From NCBI GenBank assembly GCA_003241645.1, contig QFOX01000002.1:1459-65458 (forward strand): a DNA stretch of 64,000 bases, in the 5' to 3' direction. Source of the stretch: Azospirillum brasilense. GTDB lineage: Bacteria > Pseudomonadota > Alphaproteobacteria > Rickettsiales > UBA3002. The notes under the pieces were generated by a model. That model did no database searches. It had not been told where the DNA came from and saw only the letters and a program-made list of their open reading frames with translations. The translations under genes were made by a program, and so were the position numbers. Below, piece after piece: positions 56,004 to 64,000 of the stretch. Each line of letters starts with the position of its first letter. Positions within the stretch are counted from its first letter, which is position 1.

Positions 56004-57827
56004 ATGTGTGGGATTATTGGGATCGCGGGGAATGCACCGGCAGCACCGCTGGTGTTGGATGCGCTGCGCCGCCTTGAATATCGCGGCTACGATTCGGCGG
56101 GCATTGCCACGCTGGTGAACAACCACATTGACCGCCGCCGCGCGCAGGGCAAGCTTGCCGCGCTCGACACGCTACTGCACGAGCAGCCGCTCAGCGGCAC
56201 CACCGGCATTGGCCACACGCGCTGGGCCACGCATGGCCTGCCGAACGAGGTGAACGCCCACCCCCACGCGACCGACAAAGTCGCCGTGGTGCATAACGGC
56301 ATCATCGAGAATTTCCAGCAGCTGCGCGAGGAACTCACCAAAGCGGGCCGCGTGTTCCTCAGCCAGACCGATACCGAGGTGGTGCCCCACCTCATCACCC
56401 ATTACCTTGAGCAGGGCAAATCGCCGCGCGAAGCGGTGGCCGCCACCCTGAAGCGGCTGGAAGGCGCCTTCGCGCTGGGCATTATCTTCGCCGGGCATGA
56501 CGGCCTGCTGTTCGCCGCGCGCCGTGGCTCGCCGCTGGCCGTGGGCTTCGGCAAGGACGCGAACTATCTCGGCTCCGACGCGGTGGCACTTTCGCCGCTA
56601 ACGCAGAAGATCTGCTACCTCGAAGAAGGCGACTGGGCCGAGATCACCAGCAGCAGCGTGACCGTGTTCAACGCGGCCGACGAAGTGGTGGAGCGCCCCA
56701 TCAAGATCACCGCGCTCACCGGTGCGACGACGGGCAAAGGCAATTTCCGCCACTTCATGCAGAAAGAGATCTTCGAGCAGCCCTCGGTCATCGGCCAGAC
56801 GCTGAACGTCTATTACAACCCCACCACCGCGCGCATCACCATGCCGGACATGCCGTTCGCGCTGGCGGAGATTCCGCGCGTGACCATCGTGGCGTGCGGC
56901 ACCTCGTATTACGCGGGGCTGGTGGCGCGCTACTGGATCGAATCCATGGCCAAGCTGCCCGTCGAGATCGATGTGGCCTCCGAATTCCGCTACCGCGAAC
57001 CGCCGCTGGAAAAAGGCGGCCTCACACTGGTCATCTCACAATCCGGTGAAACGGCCGATACACTTGCCGCCCTGCGCTACGCCAAGCAGGCGGGCCAGCA
57101 CACGCTGGCCATCGTGAACATGCCGGAATCCAGCATGAGCCACGAAGCCGAAGCCACGCTCTACACCCATGCGGGCCCGGAGATTGGCGTTGCTTCCACC
57201 AAAGCCTTCACCACGCAGCTGACCGTGCTTGCCGCCTTTGCGCTGGCACTGGCCGAAGCGCGCGGCAGCGTGGACGCGGCCGAGATGGCCCGCCTCACCC
57301 ATGCGCTGGCCGAAGTGCCCGCCCGTGTGAGCGAAGTGCTGCACCATGCCGACGCGATCGAAAAGCTCGCCGCCAAACTGCAATACGCCAAGGACATGCT
57401 GTATATCGGCCGCGGCACGGCCTTCGCCATTGCGCACGAAGCCGCGCTGAAAATGAAAGAGATCTCCTACATCCATGCCGAGGCATATGCTGCGGGCGAA
57501 ATGAAGCATGGCCCCATCGCCCTCATCGATGAAACGGTACCGGTCATCGCCTTCGCGCCGAAAGACCACCTGTTCGAGAAGACCGCCAGCAACATTCAGG
57601 AAGCCGCCGCACGCGGTGGCCGCATCGTGACCCTGTCGGATGCGGAAGGCGTCGCCGCACTGAAGGACGTGTCGGTCGAATCCATCGTGCTGCCCAGCGT
57701 GCACCCGGTGGTGGCGCCCATTCTGTATGCGATCCCCGCGCAGTTGCTGGCCTACCACACCGCCGTGCTGAAAGGCACCGACGTGGACCAGCCGCGCAAC
57801 CTCGCGAAATCCGTGACGGTGGAATAA
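56004..57827 (+). CDS. glmS: Glutamine--fructose-6-phosphate aminotransferase (isomerising)
   Basis: MCGIIGI N-terminal nucleophile, two SIS domains and a C-terminal ...NLAKSVTVE. Confidence 0.95.
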   Translation: MCGIIGIAGNAPAAPLVLDALRRLEYRGYDSAGIATLVNNHIDRRRAQGKLAALDTLLHEQPLSGTTGIGHTRWATHGLPNEVNAHPHATDKVAVVHNGIIENFQQLREELTKAGRVFLSQTDTEVVPHLITHYLEQGKSPREAVAATLKRLEGAFALGIIFAGHDGLLFAARRGSPLAVGFGKDANYLGSDAVALSPLTQKICYLEEGDWAEITSSSVTVFNAADEVVERPIKITALTGATTGKGNFRHFMQKEIFEQPSVIGQTLNVYYNPTTARITMPDMPFALAEIPRVTIVACGTSYYAGLVARYWIESMAKLPVEIDVASEFRYREPPLEKGGLTLVISQSGETADTLAALRYAKQAGQHTLAIVNMPESSMSHEAEATLYTHAGPEIGVASTKAFTTQLTVLAAFALALAEARGSVDAAEMARLTHALAEVPARVSEVLHHADAIEKLAAKLQYAKDMLYIGRGTAFAIAHEAALKMKEISYIHAEAYAAGEMKHGPIALIDETVPVIAFAPKDHLFEKTASNIQEAAARGGRIVTLSDAEGVAALKDVSVESIVLPSVHPVVAPILYAIPAQLLAYHTAVLKGTDVDQPRNLAKSVTVE

Positions 57828-59872
57828 TGCAACCCGACGACGCCCGCACCGGCTACCGCCCGGATATTGACGGGCTGCGCGCCATTGCCATTCTCAGCGT
57901 GCTCATTTTCCACGCCGAAAAAACGTGGCTGCCCGGCGGGTTCATCGGGGTGGATCTGTTCTTCGTGATCTCGGGTTACCTCATCACCGGCATTCTGCTG
58001 CGCGACCTTGCGCTGCAGCGTTTTTCCATCCTCACCTTCTACAAGCGGCGCGTGCGCCGCATCTTCCCGGCGTTGCTGGCGGTCATGGCCAGCTGCTTCG
58101 TGCTGGGCTGGTTCGCCCTGCTGCCCGACGAATTCCGCCAGTTGACCGCGCATATTTCCAGCGCCAGCGTGTTCATTTCCAATTTCGTGCTCTGGAAAGA
58201 AGCAGGCTATTTCGACGCCGCATCCGACGCGAAGCCCCTGCTGCATCTGTGGTCGCTAGGGGTGGAAGAACAATTCTACATTCTCTGGCCGCTGCTGATG
58301 TGGGCGGCGTGGCGCTGGAAGCGGCATGTGCTGGCGCTCATTGGCGTGCTGTTCGTGCTGTCACTGGGCATGAGCATTGCGTTCACCCCGAAATACGACG
58401 TGATGAGCTTCTACCTGCCCCTCACCCGCTTCTGGGAACTGATGGCGGGCGGGCTGCTGGTCTACGGGCAGCAGCATTTCTCCACCGTTATGGCGCAGCA
58501 ACACAGGCTGCGTGAAGCCCTCGCGGCGGCAGGACTCGGCTGCATCGCCATTGGCCTTACCACCATTACGCAGGACATGCCCTTTCCCGGCTGGCGCGCG
58601 CTGTGGCCGGTGCTGGGCGCGGTGCTGCTCATCGCCGCGGGGCCGAACGCATGGGTGAACCGCCACCTGCTCGCCAGCCGCCCCATGGTGTTCGTGGGGC
58701 TCATCAGCTACCCGCTTTATCTGTGGCACTGGCCCATCCTGTCGTTCATGTACCTGATGGAATCGGGGCAGGTGCTGCCGCACCTGAAGCTCGCAGGGGT
58801 GGCGCTTAGCGTGCTGCTTGCCTGGGGCACCATGCGCTACATCGAAGCGCCCATTCGCTTCGGGCGCTATGCCACATCCACCCGCTGCCTGTGGGTGTTG
58901 CTGGGCTGCATGGTGGTGCTTGGTGCCGGCAGCGCCGTGGTGGATATGCAGCACGGCTCGGCGCGCACCCGCGGCATGGACCTGCCGAAACTGCACGACA
59001 TGGAACAGATCGATGCGTTCCGCGCCACCCTGCCAAAATGCGACGCCAAATACAAAGGGCAGGACCTGAACTGGTGCCACACCAACCTGCCCGGCCAGGC
59101 GAACTACGCGCTGCTGGGCGACAGCCACGCCGACCATTTGATGCCCGGCATCACCGCGCTGGAAAAGCAACGCCACTGGTTACTCATCGGCAAATCTTCG
59201 TGCGCGCCGCTGGGCGGGCTGCACATCATCGAAAGCGGCCGGCCGGATGTGTGCGCCCAATCCAACCGCACCGCGCTGGATGCGGTGGTGGCCGACCGCG
59301 CCATTCGCACGGTGGTGGTGGCCATGCGCGGCAGCATTTATCTGGGCGACACCATCTCGCCGGAGAACCGCGGCAAGTTCGACCCCAGCTTCCTGACGCT
59401 GCAGGAAGTGGGCAGCGAGAAACCCGGCGACAAGCGCGAACTGTTCCTTGAAGGACTGCGCCGCACGGTGCGCAGCCTGCTGCTAAGCGGCAAACAGGTG
59501 GTGCTGTTCCTTGATGTGCCGGAGATGGATTTCGTGATGATGCGCTGCGTGGACCGCCCCATGACGCTGGCCGCCCCCGCCATGCCAACGCCCTGCGGCG
59601 TGGACCGCGCCAAGGTCGAGAAGATGCGTGCCGATTACCGCGCCATCACCCTGCAGGTGCAGAACGAATTCCCGGAAGTGTATGTGTATGACGCATTCCT
59701 GCCGCTGTGTGACGCTACCACCTGCTACGCCGCCGACGAGGCACGGCTCTATTACCGCGACAGCAACCACCTCAGCCAGTATGGCAGCGCGAAAGTGGCG
59801 CGCGACTTTATAGCGTGGCTGGAAACACAAGGGCTGGTAGATAAAGCGCCAGCGCCGTCACCGGAAAAATGA
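57827..59872 (+). CDS. Acyltransferase-3 family O-acyltransferase with C-terminal SGNH domain (OafA-like)
   Basis: YRPDIDGLRAIAILSVLIFH start typical of AT3. About 10 TM segments. C-terminal soluble domain with LLGDSHADH (SGNH block I-like). TAATG overlap with glmS. Confidence 0.85.
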   Translation: MQPDDARTGYRPDIDGLRAIAILSVLIFHAEKTWLPGGFIGVDLFFVISGYLITGILLRDLALQRFSILTFYKRRVRRIFPALLAVMASCFVLGWFALLPDEFRQLTAHISSASVFISNFVLWKEAGYFDAASDAKPLLHLWSLGVEEQFYILWPLLMWAAWRWKRHVLALIGVLFVLSLGMSIAFTPKYDVMSFYLPLTRFWELMAGGLLVYGQQHFSTVMAQQHRLREALAAAGLGCIAIGLTTITQDMPFPGWRALWPVLGAVLLIAAGPNAWVNRHLLASRPMVFVGLISYPLYLWHWPILSFMYLMESGQVLPHLKLAGVALSVLLAWGTMRYIEAPIRFGRYATSTRCLWVLLGCMVVLGAGSAVVDMQHGSARTRGMDLPKLHDMEQIDAFRATLPKCDAKYKGQDLNWCHTNLPGQANYALLGDSHADHLMPGITALEKQRHWLLIGKSSCAPLGGLHIIESGRPDVCAQSNRTALDAVVADRAIRTVVVAMRGSIYLGDTISPENRGKFDPSFLTLQEVGSEKPGDKRELFLEGLRRTVRSLLLSGKQVVLFLDVPEMDFVMMRCVDRPMTLAAPAMPTPCGVDRAKVEKMRADYRAITLQVQNEFPEVYVYDAFLPLCDATTCYAADEARLYYRDSNHLSQYGSAKVARDFIAWLETQGLVDKAPAPSPEK

Positions 59873-60563
59873 CCAGCGGCCGCAGCGGGCGGTTGGCAAA
59901 ACGGAACACCAGCAGCGTGAATACCGGCACGCTCAGCAGCAGCCATTGCGGCATGGGCACCAGCGCACCGAACAGCACCATCCACCACACCCATGCGGCC
60001 TCAGTAGGTTTGAAGTCAGTGCGTGCAACGCGCGTGGCAAGCTTCAGCACCGCAAGGCACAGCACCAGCATGACCGCCGCGCCCTGCACCCAGCCATAAA
60101 TGGTGCCTTCGGCCAGTGTGCGTGCCAGCGCCACCGCGGTGAGCGTGTAGCCAAGCACGCTGGCCGATACCCAGCCCTGCTGCCACTGAATGGCCGCCAG
60201 AATGGTGACGAACACGCCATAGGTAGCGGCCAGCAGGAAATATTCGCTCACGCCGAATTTCAGGAAATAGCCCACGAAGAAGATGGCGCAGGCAAGCTCA
60301 ATCAGCGTGTAGCTGCCCGGCACCGGCCCGGCGCAGTAGCGGCATTTGCCGCGCGTGGAAAGCCACGACAGAATCGGGAACAGGTCGATCGGCTTGAGGT
60401 CGGCGTTGCAATGGCCGCAGAACGGGTGACGTTCGAACGGGGTTTTGCCGCGCGGCAGGCGATACACCACCGAGCACGCATAGTTGCCCACCGCCGGGCC
60501 AATGACCGCCATGCACACAAGACCAATGAGCAGGAACTGGTGCGCTGCGACCCACGCCAGCAT
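59808..60563 (-). CDS. Prepilin-peptidase-like membrane protein (A24 N-terminal Cys-motif domain; catalytic GxGD motif not seen)
   Basis: N-terminus ...CSVVYRLPRGKTPFERHPFCGHCNADLKPIDLFPILSWLSTRGKCRYCAG... matches the DiS-P-DiS domain of type IV prepilin peptidases. The remaining TM region lacks an obvious GxGD(V/A)K motif. Confidence 0.6.
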   Translation of the reverse strand: MLAWVAAHQFLLIGLVCMAVIGPAVGNYACSVVYRLPRGKTPFERHPFCGHCNADLKPIDLFPILSWLSTRGKCRYCAGPVPGSYTLIELACAIFFVGYFLKFGVSEYFLLAATYGVFVTILAAIQWQQGWVSASVLGYTLTAVALARTLAEGTIYGWVQGAAVMLVLCLAVLKLATRVARTDFKPTEAAWVWWMVLFGALVPMPQWLLLSVPVFTLLVFRFANRPLRPLVIFPVTALALYLPALVFPATL

Positions 60564-61822
60564 TAGTTCTTGGCCACGGCGTCGGGGTTCAAAAGGCTAT
60601 CGAGGTAGCGCCCCTGGAACAGCGAAAGCCCCACGGCCTTGCCATATTCAATGGCCTGCTCGTTGTCGCAGCGCGTGAGGATCACGCGGTTGCTGCCACA
60701 GATCTTGATCGCTTCCGCCACGCGGGCATTCTTCTCGTTCGTCGCGTCACGGGCATGGTCGCCGTTCCATTGCAGCTTGATAAGGTCGAAGCCCAAGCGC
60801 TTGCGGTCGATCTGCGGGAAGCTCAAATCCGTCACGCCATCGAGGCAGACACGGTAGCCAAGCTTCTGCACCGTGTCCTTCGCCAGCAGGAAGCCGCTCA
60901 TATCGGTCAGCACGTCACCGATCTGCAGCTCGATCACCAGCGACACTTTGGTGCTGGGCTTGATCGCCGCGTCGAACTCCGCAAAGCGGTTGGAAAGCAG
61001 CGTCGGCACGTTCAGGTTCAGGCTCACCGGGTTGGTGAGGTAGCGCACCGGATTTTTCTGGATGGCGTCGAGCATGCGCTCGTCCAGCCGCTGGGTGAGG
61101 TATTTGAACAGCCAGCGGTTGGAAAGCAGGTCGATCTCGGTGCCCAGTTCAGCGCGCAGTGCTGCGATGTTGATGTACATCTCGTCGAACACCGTGCGCA
61201 CGGAATTATCCGGCATGTAGGCCACCACCGGCTGGCGGCGCACCGTGCCCACAATGTCGGTGTCCTTCAGCGTCGCCTCAATGGTAGCGAGGCTGCTGGC
61301 GGTGAAATATTTCATCTCCGCGCGGGGGAAACCCATGGGCTTCATGCCAGAGGCCGCCATGGCCGCGGTCGCCGCCGGGCCAGCGGGCTTCTGCTGCGCG
61401 TGGTTCTGGCGCACGCGCATAACTAGGCGCTTCTTGCACAGCGCCATGAATACGTCCCACTCTTCTTCGATCTCGAACAGCGCGCAGAATTCGGGGTTCT
61501 CGTCGCCATCCGGCGAGTAGGAGAGCGGATCGTCCATGAACAGGTAGCGCAGCTGGAACATCATTTTGTCCATCAGCGGTTTGGGCATGGAGCGCACCAT
61601 TACGTAGATGTTCGCGTCCTCGCACAAATAGATCGCGCCATCGCGGTCACCCAGCAGGTCGTTCATCAGGTTCGTGGCGATCTTGATCTGGTATTCGCTG
61701 CGGTAATGCTCCAGCAGCTTGCTGAAGTTGAACGCCACCGCCTGCCAGCCCTGCCGGTTCTCCTGCACGATATTGAGCAGCTCAATTAAATGGGCTTCGG
61801 GCTCTTTGGTGACGATACGCAT
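60563..61822 (-). CDS. EAL-like domain protein with degenerate catalytic motifs
   Basis: The C-terminal half follows the EAL layout: SLNLN (N), VIELQI (ExxE position), GYRVCLDGVT (in place of DDFG), DLIKLQ (K) and LFQGRY (Q). The AEGVE position reads TRCDN. The N-terminal ~170 aa are unknown. Confidence 0.55.
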   Translation of the reverse strand: MRIVTKEPEAHLIELLNIVQENRQGWQAVAFNFSKLLEHYRSEYQIKIATNLMNDLLGDRDGAIYLCEDANIYVMVRSMPKPLMDKMMFQLRYLFMDDPLSYSPDGDENPEFCALFEIEEEWDVFMALCKKRLVMRVRQNHAQQKPAGPAATAAMAASGMKPMGFPRAEMKYFTASSLATIEATLKDTDIVGTVRRQPVVAYMPDNSVRTVFDEMYINIAALRAELGTEIDLLSNRWLFKYLTQRLDERMLDAIQKNPVRYLTNPVSLNLNVPTLLSNRFAEFDAAIKPSTKVSLVIELQIGDVLTDMSGFLLAKDTVQKLGYRVCLDGVTDLSFPQIDRKRLGFDLIKLQWNGDHARDATNEKNARVAEAIKICGSNRVILTRCDNEQAIEYGKAVGLSLFQGRYLDSLLNPDAVAKN

Positions 61823-61843
61823 GGCGTGGGGCTGCCCTTCCGA

Positions 61844-62308
61844 TTATTCTTCTTCGTCTTCGTCCTCGTCTTCATGGTCCTCGTCGGTCTCGATATATTC
61901 CTCGAGATCGTCCACAAGGCGCTCCTCGCCCACCATTTCGGTGAACATTTCGTCATCGGCATCGTCGGAATTGGGATCGACCTCTTCTTCCTCGTGCTCT
62001 TCCACTTCCTCGAGCGAGGTCATCTCGACCTCTTCATCCTCGATGGGCTCCAGATCATCGATCGCGCCATCCTCGCCCACGTCGGGCAGGTCCTCGGGCA
62101 GATCGTCGTCAGCGAACACGGCGGGCTTCTTGCGCACCGGCTCGGCTTTTTCCTTTTTGGGTTTGGCGGGCTTGGCTTTTACTTCTACCGCCTCTTTCCA
62201 TGCATGCGCGCATTTCGGGCATGTGATCGGGTTTTCTGCCCCGAAATCATAGAACTTGGCTGCGCATTTCGGGCACTGCCGTTTGGTTCCAAGATTTGCT
62301 GCCGTCAT
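61844..62308 (-). CDS. TIGR02300 (FYDLN_acid) family Zn-ribbon protein with acidic tail
   Basis: LGTKRQCPKCAAKFYDFGAENPITCPKCAHAW Zn-ribbon, a Lys-rich linker and a long D/E tail. Start at ATG 62308; the 368-aa track ORF is an antisense-of-aroA extension. Confidence 0.8.
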   Translation of the reverse strand: MTAANLGTKRQCPKCAAKFYDFGAENPITCPKCAHAWKEAVEVKAKPAKPKKEKAEPVRKKPAVFADDDLPEDLPDVGEDGAIDDLEPIEDEEVEMTSLEEVEEHEEEEVDPNSDDADDEMFTEMVGEERLVDDLEEYIETDEDHEDEDEDEEE

Positions 62309-62434
62309 AGACCGACTCTCCGTACTTCCGTCGTCCCACCAAGGTGGGTGTAAATGATTGATGTGGGCGGAAACTTGCGTTAAGCACCCCGTGCATTCAG
62401 TAAGAATGAGCGCAAACGAAAACGCAACAGGTTT

Positions 62435-63799
62435 ATGGCATTGACTCAGAACAATTCCCATGGGGCCGCCGCCCCCGCGAAATCGCAGGCACAGGGTGCG
62501 CTGCGCGGCAGCATCACCGTGCCGGGCGACAAATCCATTTCGCACCGCGCGCTCATGCTGGCCAGCCAGGCGCTGGGCACCACCACCGTGCATGGCCTGC
62601 TGGAAGGCGAAGACGTGCTGTGCACCGCCAAAGCGCTGCAGCAATGCGGCGTGCCGATCACGAAGCAGAACGACGGAAGCTGGGTGATCTCCGGTGTGGG
62701 CATCCACGGGCTGCACGCCCCGGCCGATGTGCTGGATATGGGCAATGCCGGCACCGCCGTGCGGCTGATGATGGGGCTGCTTGCCCCCTACCCGTTCACC
62801 ACCCATTTCACCGGCGATGAAAGCCTGTGCAAACGCCCCATGGCACGCGTCACCAACCCGCTGCAGGAAATGGGCGCGCGGTTCGATAGCCGCGAAGGCG
62901 GTCGCCTGCCCATCGCCATGCAGGGTTCGACCGACCTGCTGCCCATCCATTACACGCTGCCGATGGCTTCGGCGCAGGTGAAATCAGCCATCCTGCTGGC
63001 CGCACTCGCCACCCGCGGCACCACCACCGTGGTGGAGCCGGAAGCCACCCGCGACCACACCGAACGCATGCTGCGCTTCTTCGGCATCGCCATCGATAGC
63101 AGCACCGACAGCGCCAGCCATGCCGTGACCATCACGCTGAACGGCCTGCAGGCGCAGTCGCCGCAGGAGCGCCAATTCACCGTGCCGGCCGATCCGTCGT
63201 CGGCGGCGTTCCCCATCGTCGCGGCGTTGATTACCCCGGGTTCGGAAGTGACGGTGACGAATGTGTGCCTGAACCCGCTGCGCACTGGCCTGTTCACCAC
63301 CCTGCAGGAAATGGGTGCGCAGCTGACCATCAGCAACCGCCGCGAGGTGGGCGGCGAAGAGGTCGGCGACATCACCGCGCGCCACAGTGCGCTGCGCGGC
63401 GTGACCGTGCCCGCCGAACGCGCGCCCAGCATGATCGACGAATACCCCGTTCTCTCCATCGCCGCGGCATTCGCCAATGGCGACACCGCGATGCTCGGGC
63501 TGGATGAGCTGCGCGTGAAAGAGAGCGACCGCCTGAGCGCGATTCTCAATGGCCTGCAGCAATGCGGCGTGGCCGCGCGCGCCGAGGGCAATGACCTGTT
63601 CGTGAGCGGCAATGGCACGGCCCCGGCCGGTGGCGGCCCGGTGGTGACGCATTACGACCACCGCATTGCCATGAGTTTCCTGGTGATGGGCATGGCCGCG
63701 CAATCGCCGGTAACGGTGGATGATGTGCGCGCCATTGCCACCAGCTTCCCCGGCTTCATGGGGCTGATGCGCGGGTTGGGCGCGGAAATTCATGACTAA
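62435..63799 (+). CDS. aroA: 3-phosphoshikimate 1-carboxyvinyltransferase (EPSP synthase)
   Basis: [33 protein letters not shown] and LRVKESDRL motifs. Confidence 0.95.
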   Translation: MALTQNNSHGAAAPAKSQAQGALRGSITVPGDKSISHRALMLASQALGTTTVHGLLEGEDVLCTAKALQQCGVPITKQNDGSWVISGVGIHGLHAPADVLDMGNAGTAVRLMMGLLAPYPFTTHFTGDESLCKRPMARVTNPLQEMGARFDSREGGRLPIAMQGSTDLLPIHYTLPMASAQVKSAILLAALATRGTTTVVEPEATRDHTERMLRFFGIAIDSSTDSASHAVTITLNGLQAQSPQERQFTVPADPSSAAFPIVAALITPGSEVTVTNVCLNPLRTGLFTTLQEMGAQLTISNRREVGGEEVGDITARHSALRGVTVPAERAPSMIDEYPVLSIAAAFANGDTAMLGLDELRVKESDRLSAILNGLQQCGVAARAEGNDLFVSGNGTAPAGGGPVVTHYDHRIAMSFLVMGMAAQSPVTVDDVRAIATSFPGFMGLMRGLGAEIHD

Positions 63800-64000
63800 G
63801 CCGCGCGTCATCGCGGTGGATGGCCCCGCTGCATCCGGCAAGGGCACGCTGGCAGCAAAGCTGGCCGCGCATTTCAACCTGCCGCATCTGGACACCGGCG
63901 CGCTCTACCGCGGCACGGCGCTGGCCGTGCTGCGTGCTGGCGTTGACCCCGCCAACGAAACGGAATGCGCCCGGCTGGCCGCCGCGCTGGACACCACCGC
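63792..64000 (+). CDS. cmk: Cytidylate kinase, N-terminal fragment (3' end outside window)
   Basis: [40 protein letters not shown] carries the P-loop and a Cmk-typical N-terminus. 8-nt overlap with aroA. Confidence 0.85.
   Translation, partial: MTKPRVIAVDGPAASGKGTLAAKLAAHFNLPHLDTGALYRGTALAVLRAGVDPANETECARLAAALDTT

Noticed and set aside
62309-62950. 5' extension of the TIGR02300 ORF (368-aa version)
   Set aside because: The extension is antisense to aroA and lacks any motif. The family's Zn-ribbon begins right after the ATG at 62308.

Overview
This is a dense, high-GC chromosomal segment (most lines are visibly above 60% G+C) that encodes mainly housekeeping genes. Gene order points to an alphaproteobacterium, possibly Rhodospirillales-like; that placement is inferred from synteny only.

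Gene content, left to right:
- ccmA (3' end), ccmB and dgkA.
- A conserved minus-strand block, mltB-rlpA-PBP5-tmk-holB-metG-tatD-MBL hydrolase, interrupted by small lineage-specific genes: a GIY-YIG nuclease, a DUF1311 protein and small secreted or membrane ORFs.
- A glycerol-1-phosphate-dehydrogenase-like gene.
- preQ1/queuosine genes: queC, an unknown ORF and queF in one operon, then queE.
- metZ, two DUF192 genes, acpS-pdxJ, spoT-rpoZ, lipA and a RatA/COQ10-like gene.
- A cmoA plus ICMT-family membrane methyltransferase pair.
- corA, marC, a PAS/HisKA/REC/Hpt hybrid kinase, an SLC13 permease and tRNA-Ser(GGA).
- An unknown ORF plus an FAD amine oxidase, an M17 aminopeptidase and a MarR regulator.
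- A flagellar cluster: fliF-fliG-fliH-fliN-flbD-flhA-flhF-flhG and a FliK-like gene.
- ispB, an orphan TAXI binding protein, a MarR regulator, a histidine kinase, glmS and an AT3-SGNH acyltransferase.
- An operon of a TIGR02300 Zn-ribbon protein, a degenerate EAL-like protein and a degenerate prepilin-peptidase-like protein.
- aroA and the cmk 5' end.

I found no CRISPR array, transposase, integrase, prophage, rRNA or recognisable defence system.

Most noteworthy observations:
1. cmoA (carboxy-SAM synthase) is coupled to an ICMT/PEMT-type membrane methyltransferase, with no cmoB in the window.
2. A 67-bp palindromic element is read through in frame inside pdxJ, and a near-identical copy lies just 3' of spoT.
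3. A family of paired GTCAT...ATGAC hairpin elements occurs at four loci.
4. An uncharacterised ORF sits inside the queC-queF operon.
5. A TTCAC-N6-TTCAC direct repeat is shared upstream of two unrelated hypothetical genes.
6. FlbD has Glu at the expected phospho-acceptor position.
7. Sharply AT-rich patches or genes occur in an otherwise GC-rich context.

All functional calls come from reading the supplied translations against remembered family motifs. No database search was run.
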